DNA of 64,000 nt from Auanema rhodensis. Its lineage: Eukaryota > Animalia > Nematoda. The notes beneath the pieces were generated by a model, which saw nothing but the letters and a program-made list of their open reading frames with translations, was not told where the DNA came from and did not search any database. Made by a program: the position numbers and the translations under genes. Numbering within the stretch: the stretch's first letter is position 1; the number at the start of each line of letters is the position of its first letter. Positions 37,603 to 52,900 of this stretch are shown in pieces. The stretch lies in the NCBI GenBank assembly GCA_964057225.1, contig OZ059899.1, positions 4,154,001 through 4,218,000 of the forward strand, in the 5' to 3' direction.

Positions 37603-37987
37603 CGTTACATATTGTTTCTTCCCGTCTTTTCATGGTCGGAAGATATATGTACTTCTACCTTGTTCCTTAGGTAGGCAGACCCGAACGCCCCGATTTCCTT
37701 ATTAAGACAAATACTTAAAGAGAAAAAGATTCATTATCAGATAACAAGAAAATACAATATAAGAATTACATTAAGAAAGAATATAAAGAGATCTAATAAA
37801 GTATTAAATAGAGTATATATATATATAGATGATATAGAGATGAGACTCACATGGCTATAAGACAACCTATCTGGGTTAGGCCAGAAGCAAGAGTGCCATG
37901 TGTGTCCCATGTTGTGGGCGGGGCTTGTTCAGGCTCCCGCTATTTGAATAGCGCGCACATGTTTACCATGTGCTTGCAGATGTGACA
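37603..37987 (-). repeat. 5' LTR (385 bp)
   Basis: Direct repeat of 27850-28232, followed on the minus strand by the PBS. Confidence 0.96.
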
Positions 37988-40900
37988 AATCTAATTTTTG
38001 TTTCAATCATTTTGTAAATCTCTTGAAAAAAATATAGAAAAGTAAAGAACTTGAAGAATAAAACCAAAACTACTGTTGGTGATATGGGGAATCGAACCCC
38101 AGACTTCTCGCATGCAAAGCGAGCGCTCTACCCCTGAGCTATATCCCTACATTCGACAGAATATATGACTGTGAGTTTGTTCAAACTTGAAGAACCTCTT
38201 GATCAAAAATTTTAGTTGTGAATATTAATCTCCTAATCTAATTTTTGTTTCAATCATTTTGTAAATCTCTTGAAAAAAATATAGAAAAGTAAAGAACTTG
38301 AAGAATAAAACCAAAACTACTGTTGGAGATATGGGGAATCGAACCCCAGACTTCTCGCATGCAAAGCGAGCGCTCTACCCCTGAGCTATATCCCCACATT
38401 CGACAAAGTCAATGACTGTGAGTTTGTTCAAACTTGAAGAACCTCTTGATCAGAAATTTTAGTTGTGAATATTAATTACCTAATCTAATTTTTCTTTCAA
38501 TCATTTTGTAAATCTCCTGAAAAAAAATATATAAAAGTAAAGAACTTGAAGAATAAAACCAAAACTACTGTTGGAGATATGGGGAATCGAACCCCAGACC
38601 TCTCGCATGCAAAGCGAGCGCTCTACCCCTGAGCTATATCCCCACATTCGACAGAATATATGACTGTGAGTTTGTTCAAACTTGAAGAACCTCTTGATCA
38701 GAAATTTTAGTTGTGAATATTAATTTCCTAATCTAATTTTTCTTTCAATCATTTTGTAAATCTCCTGAAAAAAAATATATAAAAGTAAAGAACTTGAAGA
38801 ATAAAACCAAAACTACTGTTGGAGATATGGGGAATCGAACCCCAGACTTCTCGCATGCAAAGCGAGCGCTCTACCCCTGAGCTATATCCCCACATTCGAC
38901 AGAATATATGACTGTGAGTTTGTTCAAACTTGAAGAACCTCTTGATCAAAAATTTTAGTTGTGAATATTAATCTCCTAATCTAATTTTTGTTTCAATCAT
39001 TTTGTAAATCTCCTGAAAAAAAATATAGAAAAGTAAAGAACTTGAAGAATAAAACCAAAACTACTGTTGGAGATATGGGGAATCGAACCCCAGACTTCTC
39101 GCATGCAAAGCGAGCGCTCTACCCCTGAGCTATATCCCCACATTCGACAAAGTCAATGACTGTGAGTTTGTTCAAACTTGAAGAACCTCTTGATCAGAAA
39201 TTTTAGTTGTGAATATTAATTACCTAATCTAATTTTTCTTTCAATCATTTTGTAAATCTCCTGAAAAAAAATATATAAAAGTAAAGAACTTGAAGAATAA
39301 AACCAAAACTACTGTTGGAGATATGGGGAATCGAACCCCAGACTTCTCGCATGCAAAGCGAGCGCTCTACCCCTGAGCTATATCCCCACATTCGACAAAG
39401 TCAATGACTGTGAGTTTGTTCAAACTAGAAGAACCTCTTGATCAGAAATTTTAGTTGTGAATATTAATTTCCTAATCTAATTTTTCTTTCAATCATTTTG
39501 TAAATCTCCTGAAAAAAAATATATAAAAGTAAAGAACTTGAAGAATAAAACCAAAACTACTGTTTGAGATATGGGGAATCGAACCCCAGACCTCTCGCAT
39601 GCAAAGCGAGCGCTCTACCCCTGAGCTATATCCCCACATTCGACAGAATATATGACTGTGAGTTTGTTCAAACTTGAAGAACCTCTTGATCAGAAATTTT
39701 AGTTGTGAATATTAATTTCCTAATCTAATTTTTTTTCAATCATTTTGTAAATCTCCTGAAAAAAAATATAGAAAAGTAAAGAACTTGAAGAATAAAACCA
39801 AAACTACTGTTGGAGATATGGGGAATCGAACCCCAGACTTCTCGCATGCAAAGCGAGCGCTCTACCCCTGAGCTATATCCCCACATTCGACAGAATATAT
39901 GACTGTGAGTTTGTTCAAACTTGAAGAACCTCTTGATCAAAAATTTTAGTTGTGAATATTAATCTCCTAATCTAATTTTTGTTTCAATCATTTTGTAAAT
40001 CTCTTGAAAAAAATATAGAAAAGTAAAGAACTTGAAGAATAAAACCAAAACTACTGTTGGAGATATGGGGAATCGAACCCCAGACTTCTCGCATGCAAAG
40101 CGAGCGCTCTACCCCTGAGCTATATCCCCACATTCGACAAAGTCAATGACTGTGAGTTTGTTCAAACTTGAAGAACCTCTTGATCAGAAATTTTAGTTGT
40201 GATTATTAATTTCCTAATCTAATTTTTCTTTCAATCATTTTGTGAATCTCCTGAAAAAAAATATAGAAAAGTAAAGAACTTGAAGAATAAAACCAAAACT
40301 ACTGTTGGAGATATGGGGAATCGAACCCCAGACTTCTCGCATGCAAAGCGAGCGCTCTACCCCTGAGCTATATCCACACATTCGACAGAAAATATGACTG
40401 TGAGTTTGTTCAAACTTGACGAACCTCTTGATCAAAAATTTTAGTTGTGAATATTAATCTCCTAATCTAATTTTTGTTTCAATCATTTTGTAAATCTCTT
40501 GAAAAAAATATAGAAAAGTAAAGAACTTGAAGAATAAAACCAAAACTACTGTTGGAGATATGGGGAATCGAACCCCAGACTTCTCGCATGCAAAGCGAGC
40601 GCTCTACCCCTGAGCTATATCCCCACATTCGACAAAGTCAATGACTGTGAGTTTGTTCAAACTTGAAGAACCTCTTGATCAGAAATTTTAGTTGTGATTA
40701 TTAATTTCCTAATCTAATTTTTCTTTCAATCATTTTGTAAATCTCCTGAAAAAAAATATATAAAAGTAAAGAACTTGAAGAATAAAACCAAAACTACTGT
40801 TGGAGATATGGGGAATCGAACCCCAGACTTCTCGCATGCAAAGCGAGCGCTCTACCCCTGAGCTATATCCCCACATTCGACAGAATATATGACTGTGAGT

Positions 40901-43900
40901 TTGTTCAAACTTGAAGAACCTCTTGATCAGAAATTTTAGTTGTGAATATTAATCTCCTAATCTAATTTTTAATTCAATCATTTTGTAAATCTCTTGAAAA
41001 AAATATAGAAAAGTAAAGAACTTGAAGAATAAAACCAAAACTACTGTTGGAGATATGGGGAATCGAACCCCAGACTTCTCGCATGCAAAGCGAGCGCTCT
41101 ACCCCTGAGCTATATCCCCACATTCGACAGAATATATGACTGTGAGTTTGTTCAAACTTGAAGAACCTCTTGATCAAAAATTTTAGTTGTGAATATTAAT
41201 CTCCTAATCTAATTTTTGTTTCAATCATTTTGTAAATCTCTTGAAAAAAATATAGAAAAGTAAAGAACTTGAAGAATAAAACCAAAACTACTGTTGGAGA
41301 TATGGGGAATCGAACCCCAGACTTCTCGCATGCAAAGCGAGCGCTCTACCCCTGAGCTATATCCCCACATTCGACAGAATATATGACTGTGAGTTTGTTC
41401 AAACTTGAAGAACCTCTTGATCAGAAATTTTAGTTGTGAATATTAATTTCCTAATCTAATTTTTCTTTCAATCATTTTGTAAATCTCCTGAAAAAAAATA
41501 TATAAAAGTAAAGAACTTGAAGAATAAAACCAAAACTACTGTTGGAGATATGGGGAATCGAACCCCAGACTTCTCGCATGCAAAGCGAGCGCTCTACCCC
41601 TGAGCTATATCCCCACATTCGACAGAATATATGACTGTGAGTTTGTTCAAACTTGAAAAACCTCTTGATCAAAAATTTTAGTTGTGAATATTAATCTCCT
41701 AATCTAATTTTTGTTTCAATCATTTTGTAAATCTCCTGAAAAAAAATATAGAAAAGTAAAGAACTTGAAGAATAAAACCAAAACTACTGTTGGAGATATG
41801 GGGAATCGAACCCCAGACTTCTCGCATGCAAAGCGAGCGCTCTACCCCTGAGCTATATCCCCACATTCGACAGAATATATGACTGTGAGTTTGTTCAAGC
41901 TTGAAGAACCTCTTGATCAAAAATTTTAGTTCTGAATATTAATTTCCTAATCTAATTTTTTTTTCAATCATTTTGTAAATCTCCTGAAAAAAAATATAGA
42001 AAAGTAAAGAACTTGAAGAATAAAACCAAAACTACTGTTGGAGATATGGGGGATCGAACCCCAGACTTCTCGCATGCAAAGCGAGCGCTCTACCCCTGAG
42101 CTATATCCCCACATTCGACAGAATATATGACTGTGAGTTTGTTCAAACTTGAGGAACCTCTTGATCAAAAATTTTAGTTGTGAATATTAATCTCCTAATC
42201 TAATTTTTGTTTCAATCATTTTGTAAATCTCTTGAAAAAAATATAGAAAAGTAAAGAACTTGAAGAATAAAACCAAAACTACTGTTGGTGATATGGGGAA
42301 TCGAACCCCAGACTTCTCGCATGCAAAGCGAGCGCTCTACCCCTGAGCTATATCCCTACATTCGACAGAATATATGACTGTGAGTTTGTTCAAACTTGAA
42401 GAACCTCTTGATCAAAAATTTTAGTTGTGAATATTAATCTCCTAATCTAATTTTTGTTTCAATCATTTTGTAAATCTCTTGAAAAAAATATAGAAAAGTA
42501 AAGAACTTGAAGAATAAAACCAAAACTACTGTTGGAGATATGGGGAATCGAACCCCAGACTTCTCGCATGCAAAGCGAGCGCTCTACCCCTGAGCTATAT
42601 CCCCACATTCGACAAAGTCAATGACTGTGAGTTTGTTCAAACTTGAAGAACCTCTTGATCAGAAATTTTAGTTGTGAATATTAATTACCTAATCTAATTT
42701 TTCTTTCAATCATTTTGTAAATCTCCTGAAAAAAAATATATAAAAGTAAAGAACTTGAAGAATAAAACCAAAACTACTGTTGGAGATATGGGGAATCGAA
42801 CCCCAGACTTCTCGCATGCAAGGCGAGCGCTCTACCCCTGAGCTATATCCCCACATTCGACAAAGTCAATGACTGTGAGTTTGTTCAAACTAGAAGAACC
42901 TCTTGATCAGAAATTTTAGTTGTGAATATTAATTTCCTAATCTAATTTTTCTTTCAATCATTTTGTAAATCTCCTGAAAAAAAATATATAAAAGTAAAGA
43001 ACTTGAAGAATAAAACCAAAACTACTGTTTGAGATATGGGGAATCGAACCCCAGACCTCTCGCATGCAAAGCGAGCGCTCTACCCCTGAGCTATATCCCC
43101 ACATTCGACAGAATATATGACTGTGAGTTTGTTCAAACTTGAAGAACCTCTTGATCAGAAATTTTAGTTGTGAATATTAATTTCCTAATCTAATTTTTCT
43201 TTCAATCATTTTGTAAATCTCCTGAAAAAAAATATATAAAAGTAAAGAACTTGAAGAATAAAACCAAAACTACTGTTGGAGATATGGGGAATCGAACCCC
43301 AGACTTCTCGCATGCAAAGCGAGCGCTCTACCCCTGAGCTATATCCCCACATTCGACAGAATATATGACTGTGAGTTTGTTCAAACTTGAAGAACCTCTT
43401 GATCAAAAATTTTAGTTGTGAATATTAATCTCCTAATCTAATTTTTGTTTCAATCATTTTGTAAATCTCCTGAAAAAAAATATAGAAAAGTAAAGAACTT
43501 GAAGAATAAAACCAAAACTACTGTTGGAGATATGGGGAATCGAACCCCAGACTTCTCGCATGCAAAGCGAGCGCTCTACCCCTGAGCTATATCCCCACAT
43601 TCGACAAAGTCAATGACTGTGAGTTTGTTCAAACTTGAAGAACCTCTTGATCAGAAATTTTAGTTGTGATTATTAATTTCCTAATCTAATTTTTCTTTCA
43701 ATCATTTTGTGAATCTCCTGAAAAAAAATATAGAAAAGTAAAGAACTTGAAGAATAAAACCAAAACTACTGTTGGAGATATGGGGAATCGAACCCCAGAC
43801 TTCTCGCATGCAAAGCGAGCGCTCTACCCCTGAGCTATATCCACACATTCGACAGAAAATATGACTGTGAGTTTGTTCAAACTTGAAGAACCTCTTGATC

Positions 43901-46900
43901 AAAAATTTTAGTTGTGAATATTAATCTCCTAATCTAATTTTTGTTTCAATCATTTTGTAAATCTCTTGAAAAAAATATAGAAAAGTAAAGAACTTGAAGA
44001 ATAAAACCAAAACTACTGTTGGAGATATGGGGAATCGAACCCCAGACTTCTCGCATGCAAAGCGAGCGCTCTACCCCTGAGCTATATCCCCACATTCGAC
44101 AAAGTCAATGACTGTGAGTTTGTTCAAACTTGAAGAACCTCTTGATCAGAAATTTTAGTTGTGATTATTAATTTCCTAATCTAATTTTTCTTTCAATCAT
44201 TTTGTAAATCTCCTGAAAAAAAATATATAAAAGTAAAGAACTTGAAGAATAAAACCAAAACTACTGTTGGAGATATGGGGAATCGAACCCCAGACTTCTC
44301 GCATGCAAAGCGAGCGCTCTACCCCTGAGCTATATCCCCACATTCGACAGAATATATGACTGTGAGTTTGTTCAAACTTGAAGAACCTCTTGATCAGAAA
44401 TTTTAGTTGTGAATATTAATCTCCTAATCTAATTTTTGTTTCAATCATTTTGTAAATCTCTTGAAAAAAATATAGAAAAGTAAAGAACTTGAAGAATAAA
44501 ACCAAAACTACTGTTGGAGATATGGGGAATCGAACCCCAGACTTCTCGCATGCAAAGCGAGCGCTCTACCCCTGAGCTATATCCCCACATTCGACAGAAT
44601 ATATGACTGTGAGTTTGTTCAAACTTGAAGAACCTCTTGATCAAAAATTTTAGTTGTGAATATTAATCTCCTAATCTAATTTTTGTTTCAATCATTTTGT
44701 AAATCTCTTGAAAAAAATATAGAAAAGTAAAGAACTTGAAGAATAAAACCAAAACTACTGTTGGAGATATGGGGAATCGAACCCCAGACTTCTCGCATGC
44801 AAAGCGAGCGCTCTACCCCTGAGCTATATCCCCACATTCGACAAAGTCAATGACTGTGAGTTTGTTCAAACTTGAAGAACCTCTTGATCAGAAATTTTAG
44901 TTGTGATTATTAATTTCCTAATCTAATTTTTCTTTCAATCATTTTGTGAATCTCCTGAAAAAAAATATATAAAAGTAAAGAACTTGAAGAATAAAACCAA
45001 AACTACTGTTGGAGATATGGAGAATCGAACCCCAGACTTCTCGCATGCAAAGCGAGCGCTCTACCCCTGAGCTATATCCCCACATTCGACAGAATATATG
45101 ACTGTGAGTTTGTTCAAACTTGAAGAACCTCTTGATCAGAAATTTTAGTTGTGAATATTAATTTCCTAATCTAATTTTTCTTTCAATCATTTTGTAAATC
45201 TCCTGAAAAAAAATATATAAAAGTAAAGAACTTGAAGAATAAAACCAAAACTACTGTTGGAGATATGGGGAATCGAACCCCAGACTTCTCGCATGCAAAG
45301 CGAGCGCTCTACCCCTGAGCTATATCCCCACATTCGACAGAATATATGACTGTGAGTTTGTTCAAACTTGAAAAACCTCTTGATCAAAAATTTTAGTTGT
45401 GAATATTAATCTCCTAATCTAATTTTTGTTTCAATCATTTTGTAAATCTCCTGAAAAAAAATATAGAAAAGTAAAGAACTTGAAGAATAAAACCAAAACT
45501 ACTGTTGGAGATATGGGGAATCGAACCCCAGACTTCTCGCATGCAAAGCGAGCGCTCTACCCCTGAGCTATATCCCCACATTCGACAGAATATATGACTG
45601 TGAGTTTGTTCAAGCTTGAAGAACCTCTTGATCAAAAATTTTAGTTCTGAATATTAATTTCCTAATCTAATTTTTTTTTCAATCATTTTGTAAATCTCCT
45701 GAAAAAAAATATAGAAAAGTAAAGAACTTGAAGAATAAAACCAAAACTACTGTTGGAGATATGGGGAATCGAACCCCAGACTTCTCGCATGCAAAGCGAG
45801 CGCTCTACCCCTGAGCTATATCCCCACATTCGACAGAATATATGACTGTGAGTTTGTTCAAACTTGAAGAACCTCTTGATCAAAAATTTTAGTTATGAAT
45901 ATTAATCTCCTAATCTAATTTTTGTTTCAATCATTTTGTAAATCTCTTGAAAAAAATATAGAAAAGTAAAGAACTTGAAGAATAAAACCAAAACTACTGT
46001 TGGTGATATGGGGAATCGAACCCCAGACTTCTCGCATGCAAAGCGAGCGCTCTACCCCTGAGCTATATCCCTACATTCGACAGAATATATGACTGTGAGT
46101 TTGTTCAAACTTGAAGAACCTCTTGATCAAAAATTTTAGTTGTGAATATTAATCTCCTAATCTAATTTTTGTTTCAATCATTTTGTAAATCTCTTGAAAA
46201 AAATATAGAAAAGTAAAGAACTTGAAGAATAAAACCAAAACTACTGTTGGAGATATGGGGAATCGAACCCCAGACTTCTCGCATGCAAAGCGAGCGCTCT
46301 ACCCCTGAGCTATATCCCCACATTCGACAAAGTCAATGACTGTGAGTTTGTTCAAACTTGAAGAACCTCTTGATCAGAAATTTTAGTTGTGAATATTAAT
46401 TACCTAATCTAATTTTTCTTTCAATCATTTTGTAAATCTCCTGAAAAAAAATATATAAAAGTAAAGAACTTGAAGAATAAAACCAAAACTACTGTTGGAG
46501 ATATGGGGAATCGAACCCCAGACTTCTCGCATGCAAAGCGAGCGCTCTACCCCTGAGCTATATCCCCACATTCGACAAAGTCAATGACTGTGAGTTTGTT
46601 CAAACTAGAAGAACCTCTTGATCAGAAATTTTAGTTGTGAATATTAATTTCCTAATCTAATTTTTCTTTCAATCATTTTGTAAATCTCCTGAAAAAAAAT
46701 ATATAAAAGTAAAGAACTTGAAGAATAAAACCAAAACTACTGTTTGAGATATGGGGAATCGAACCCCAGACCTCTCGCATGCAAAGCGAGCGCTCTACCC
46801 CTGAGCTATATCCCCACATTCGACAGAATATATGACTGTGAGTTTGTTCAAACTTGAAGAACCTCTTGATCAGAAATTTTAGTTGTGAATATTAATTTCC

Positions 46901-49900
46901 TAATCTAATTTTTCTTTCAATCATTTTGTAAATCTCCTGAAAAACAATATATAAAAGTAAAGAACTTGAAGAATAAAACCAAAACTACTGTTGGAGATAT
47001 GGGGAATCGAACCCCAGACTTCTCGCATGCAAAGCGAGCGCTCTACCCCTGAGCTATATCCCCACATTCGACAGAATATATGACTGTGAGTTTGTTCAAA
47101 CTTGAAGAACCTCTTGATCAAAAATTTTAGTTGTGAATATTAATCTCCTAATCTAATTTTTGTTTCAATCATTTTGTAAATCTCCTGAAAAAAAATATAG
47201 AAAAGTAAAGAACTTGAAGAATAAAACCAAAACTACTGTTGGAGATATGGGGAATCGAACCCCAGACTTCTCGCATGCAAAGCGAGCGCTCTACCCCTGA
47301 GCTATATCCGCACATTCGACAGAGTTAATGACTGTGAGTTTGTTCAAACTTGAAGAACCTCTTGATCAAAAATTTTAGTTGTGAATATTAATTTCCTAAT
47401 CTAATTTTTTTTTCAATCATTTTGTAAATCTCCTGAAAAAAAATATAGAAAAGTAAAGAACTTGAAGAATAAAACCAAAACTACTGTTGGAGATATGGGG
47501 AATCGAACCCCAGACTTCTCGCATGCAAAGCGAGCGCTCTACCCCTGAGCTATATCCCCACATTCGACAGAATATATGACTGTGAGTTTGTTCAAACTTG
47601 AAGAACCTCTTGATCAGAAATTTTAGTTGTGAATATTAATTTCCTAATCTAATTTTTCTTTCAATCATTTTGTAAATCTCCTGAAAAAAAATATATAAAA
47701 GTAAAGAACTTGAAGAATAAAACCAAAACTACTGTTGGAGATATGGGGAATCGAACCCCAGACTTCTCGCATGCAAAGCGAGCGCTCTACCCCTGAGCTA
47801 TATCCCCACATTCGACAGAATATATGACTGTGAGTTTGTTCAAACTTGAAGAACCTCTTGATCAAAAATTTTAGTTGTGAATATTAATCTCCTAATCTAA
47901 TTTTTGTTTCAATCATTTTGTAAATCTCCTGAAAAAAAAAATAGAAAAGTAAAGAACTTGAAGAATAAAACCAAAACTACTGTTGGAGATATGGGGAATC
48001 GAACCCCAGACTTCTCGCATGCAAAGCGAGCGCTCTACCCCTGAGCTATATCCCCACATTCGACAGAATATATGACTGTGAGTTTGTTCAAACTTGAAGA
48101 ACCTCTTGATCAAAATATTTAGTTGTGAATATTAATCTCCTAATCTAATTTTTGTTTCAATCATTTTGTAAATCTCCTGAAAAAAAATATAGAAAAGTAA
48201 AGAACTTGAAGAATAAAACCAAAACTACTATTGGAGATATGGGGAATCGAACCCCAGACTTCTCGCATGCAAAGCGAGCGCTCTACCCCTGAGCTATATC
48301 CCCACATTCGACAGAATATATGACTGTGAGTTTGTTCAAACTTGAAGAACCTCTTGATCAAAAATTTTAGTTGTGAATATTAATCTCCTAATCTAATTTT
48401 TGTTTCAATCATTTTGTAAATCTCTTGAAAAAAATATAGAAAAGTAAAGAACTTGAAGAATAAAACCAAAACTATTGTTGGTGATATGGGGAATCGAACC
48501 CCAGACTTCTCGCATGCAAAGCGAGCGCTCTACCCCTGAGCTATATCCCTACATTCGACAGAATATATGACTGTGAGTTTGTTCAAACTTGAAGAACCTC
48601 TTGATCAAAAATTTTAGTTGTGAATATTAATCTCCTAATCTAATTTTTGTTTCAATCATTTTGTAAATCTCTTGAAAAAAATATAGAAAAGTAAAGAACT
48701 TGAAGAATAAAACCAAAACTACTGTTGGAGATATGGGGAATCGAACCCCAGACTTCTCGCATGCAAAGCGAGCGCTCTACCCCTGAGCTATATCCCCACA
48801 TTCGACAAAGTCAATGACTGTGAGTTTGTTCAAACTTGAAGAACCTCTTGATCAGAAATTTTAGTTGTGAATATTAATTACCTAATCTAATTTTTCTTTC
48901 AATCATTTTGTAAATCTCCTGAAAAAAAATATATAAAAGTAAAGAACTTGAAGAATAAAACCAAAACTACTGTTGGAGATATGGGGAATCGAACCCCAGA
49001 CTTCTCGCATGCAAAGCGAGCGCTCTACCCCTGAGCTATATCCCCACATTCGACAAAGTCAATGACTGTGAGTTTGTTCAAACTAGAAGAACCTCTTGAT
49101 CAGAAATTTTAGTTGTGAATATTAATTTCCTAATCTAATTTTTCTTTCAATCATTTTGTAAATCTCCTGAAAAAAAATATATAAAAGTAAAGAACTTGAA
49201 GAATAAAACCAAAACTACTGTTTGAGATATGGGGAATCGAACCCCAGACCTCTCGCATGCAAAGCGAGCGCTCTACCCCTGAGCTATATCCCCACATTCG
49301 ACAGAATATATGACTGTGAGTTTGTTCAAACTTGAAGAACCTCTTGATCAGAAATTTTAGTTGTGAATATTAATTTCCTAATCTAATTTTTCTTTCAATC
49401 ATTTTGTAAATCTCCTGAAAAAAAATATATAAAAGTAAAGAACTTGAAGAATAAAACCAAAACTACTGTTGGAGATATGGGGAATCGAACCCCAGACTTC
49501 TCGCATGCAAAGCGAGCGCTCTACCCCTGAGCTATATCCCCACATTCGACAGAATATATGACTGTGAGTTTGTTCAAACTTGAAGAACCTCTTGATCAAA
49601 AATTTTAGTTGTGAATATTAATCTCCTAATCTAATTTTTGTTTCAATCATTTTGTAAATCTCCTGAAAAAAAATATAGAAAAGTAAAGAACTTGAAGAAT
49701 AAAACCAAAACTACTGTTGGAGATATGGGGAATCGAACCCCAGACTTCTCGCATGCAAAGCGAGCGCTCTACCCCTGAGCTATATCCGCACATTCGACAG
49801 AGTTAATGACTGTGAGTTTGTTCAAACTTGAAGAACCTCTTGATCAAAAATTTTAGTTGTGAATATTAATTTCCTAATCTAATTTTTTTTTCAATCATTT

Positions 49901-52900
49901 TGTAAATCTCCTGAAAAAAAATATAGAAAAGTAAAGAACTTGAAGAATAAAACCAAAACTACTGTTGGAGATATGGGGAATCGAACCCCAGACTTCTCGC
50001 ATGCAAAGCGAGCGCTCTACCCCTGAGCTATATCCCCACATTCGACAGAATATATGACTGTGAGTTTGTTCAAACTTGAAGAACCTCTTGATCAGAAATT
50101 TTAGTTGTGAATATTAATTTCCTAATCTAATTTTTCTTTCAATCATTTTGTAAATCTCCTGAAAAAAATATATAAAAGTAAAGAACTTGAAGAATAAAAC
50201 CAAAACTACTGTTGGAGATATGGGGAATCGAACCCCAGACTTCTCGCATGCAAAGCGAGCGCTCTACCCCTGAGCTATATCCCCACATTCGACAGAATAT
50301 ATGACTGTGAGTTTGTTCAAACTTGAAGAACCTCTTGATCAAAAATTTTAGTTGTGAATATTAATCTCCTAATCTAATTTTTGTTTCAATCATTTTGTAA
50401 ATCTCCTGAAAAAAAAAATAGAAAAGTAAAGAACTTGAAGAATAAAACCAAAACTACTGTTGGAGATATGGGGAATCGAACCCCAGACTTCTCGCATGCA
50501 AAGCGAGCGCTCTACCCCTGAGCTATATCCCCACATTCGACAGAATATATGACTGTGAGTTTGTTCAAACTTGAAGAACCTCTTGATCAAAAATTTTAGT
50601 TGTGAATATTAATCTCCTAATCTAATTTTTGTTTCAATCATTTTGTAAATCTCCTGAAAAAAAATATAGAAAAGTTAAGAACTCGAAGAATAAAACCAAA
50701 ACTACTGTTGAAGATATGGGGAATTGAACCCCAGACTTCTCGCATGCGAAGCGAGCGCTCTACCCCTGAGCTATATCCCCACATTCGACAGAGTTAATGA
50801 CTGTGAGTTTGTTCAAACTTGAAGAACCTCTTGATCAGAAATTTTAGTTGTGAATATTAATTTCCTAATCTAATTTTTCTTTCAATCATTTTGTAAATCT
50901 CCTGAAAAAAAATATATAAAAGTAAAGAACTTGAAGAATAAAACCAAAACTACTGTTGGAGATATGGGGAATCGAACCCCAGACTTCTCGCATGCAAAGC
51001 GAGCGCTCTACCCCTGAGCTATATCCCCACATTCGACAGAATATATGACTGTGAGTTTGTTCAAACTTGAAAAACCTCTTGATCAAAAATTTTAGTTGTG
51101 AATATTAATCTCCTAATCTAATTTTTGTTTCAATCATTTTGTAAATCTCCTGAAAAAAAAAATAGAAAAGTAAAGAACTTGAAGAATAAAACCAAAACTA
51201 CTGTTGGAGATATGGGGAATCGAACCCCAGACTTCTCGCATGCAAAGCGAGCGCTCTACCCCTGAGCTATATCCCCACATTCGACAGAATATATGACTGT
51301 GAGTTTGTTCAAACTTGAAGAACCTCTTGATCAAAAATTTTAGTTGTGAATATTAATCTCCTAATCTAATTTTTGTTTCAATCATTTTGTAAATCTCCTG
51401 AAAAAAAATATAGAAAAGTTAAGAACTCGAAGAATAAAACCAAAACTACTGTTGAAGATATGGGGAATTGAACCCCAGACTTCTCGCATGCGAAGCGAGC
51501 GCTCTACCCCTGAGCTATATCCCCACATTCGACAGAGTTAATGACTGTGAGTTTGTTCAAACTTGAAGAACCTCTTGATCAGAAATTTTAGTTGTGAATA
51601 TTAATTTCCTAATCTAATTTTTCTTTCAATCATTTTGTAAATCTCCTGAAAAAAAATATATAAAAGTAAAGAACTTGAAGAATAAAACCAAAACTACTGT
51701 TGGAGATATAGGGAATCGAACCCCAGACTTCTCGCATGCAAAGCGAGCGCTCTACCCCTGAGCTATATCCCCACATTCGACAGAATATATGACTGTGAGT
51801 TTGTTCAAACTTGAAAAACCTCTTGATCAAAAATTTTAGTTGTGAATATTAATCTCCTAATCTAATTTTTGTTTCAATCATTTTGTAAATCTCCTGAAAA
51901 AAAATATAGAAAAGTAAAGAACTTGAAGAATAAAACCAAAACTACTGTTGGAGATATGGGGAATCGAACCCCAGACTTCTCGCATGCAAAGCGAGCGCTC
52001 TACCCCTGAGATATATCCGCACATTCGACAGAGTTAATGACTGTGAGTTTGTTCAAACTTGAAGAACCTCTTGATCAAAAATTTTAGTTGTGAATATTAA
52101 TTTCCTAATCTAATTTTTTTCAATCATTTTGTAAATCTCCTGAAAAAAAATATAGAAAAGTAAAGAACTTGAAGAATAAAACCAAAACTACTGTTGGAGA
52201 TATGGGGAATCGAACCCCAGACTTCTCGCATGCAAAGCGAGCGCTCTACCCCTGAGCTATATCCCCACATTCGACAGAATATATGACTGTGAGTTTGTTC
52301 AAGCTTGAAGAACCTCTTGATCAAAAATTTTAGTTGTGAATATTAATTTCCTAATCTAATTTTTTTTTCAATCATTTTGTAAATCTCCTGAAAAAAAATA
52401 TAGAAAAGTAAAGAACTTGAAGAATAAAACCAAAACTACTGTGGGAGATATGGGGAATCGAACCCCAGACTTCTCGCATGCAAAGCGAGCGCTCTACCCC
52501 TGAGCTATATCCCCACATTCGACAGAATATATGACTGTGAGTTTGTTCAAACTTGAAGAACCTCTTGATCAAAAATTTTAGTTGTGAATATTAATCTCCT
52601 AATCTAATTTTTGTTTCAATCATTTTGTAAATCTCTTGAAAAAAATATAGAAAAGTAAAGAACTTGAAGAATAAAACCAAAACTACTGTTGGTGATATGG
52701 GGAATCGAACCCCAGACTTCTCGCATGCAAAGCGAGCGCTCTACCCCTGAGCTATATCCCTACATTCGACAGAATATATGACTGTGAGTTTGTTCAAACT
52801 TGAAGAACCTCTTGATCAAAAATTTTAGTTGTGAATATTAATCTCCTAATCTAATTTTTGTTTCAATCATTTTGTAAATCTCTTGAAAAAAATATAGAAA

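Larger units (their letters stand above)
27850..37987 (-). mobile_element. Full-length env-bearing Ty3/Gypsy (Metaviridae) LTR retrotransposon / endogenous virus, 10138 bp
   Basis: Two near-identical LTRs, TSD AATC (27846-49 / 37988-91), PBS, PPT, gag, and Gypsy-type PR-RT-RH-IN order. Confidence 0.97.
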
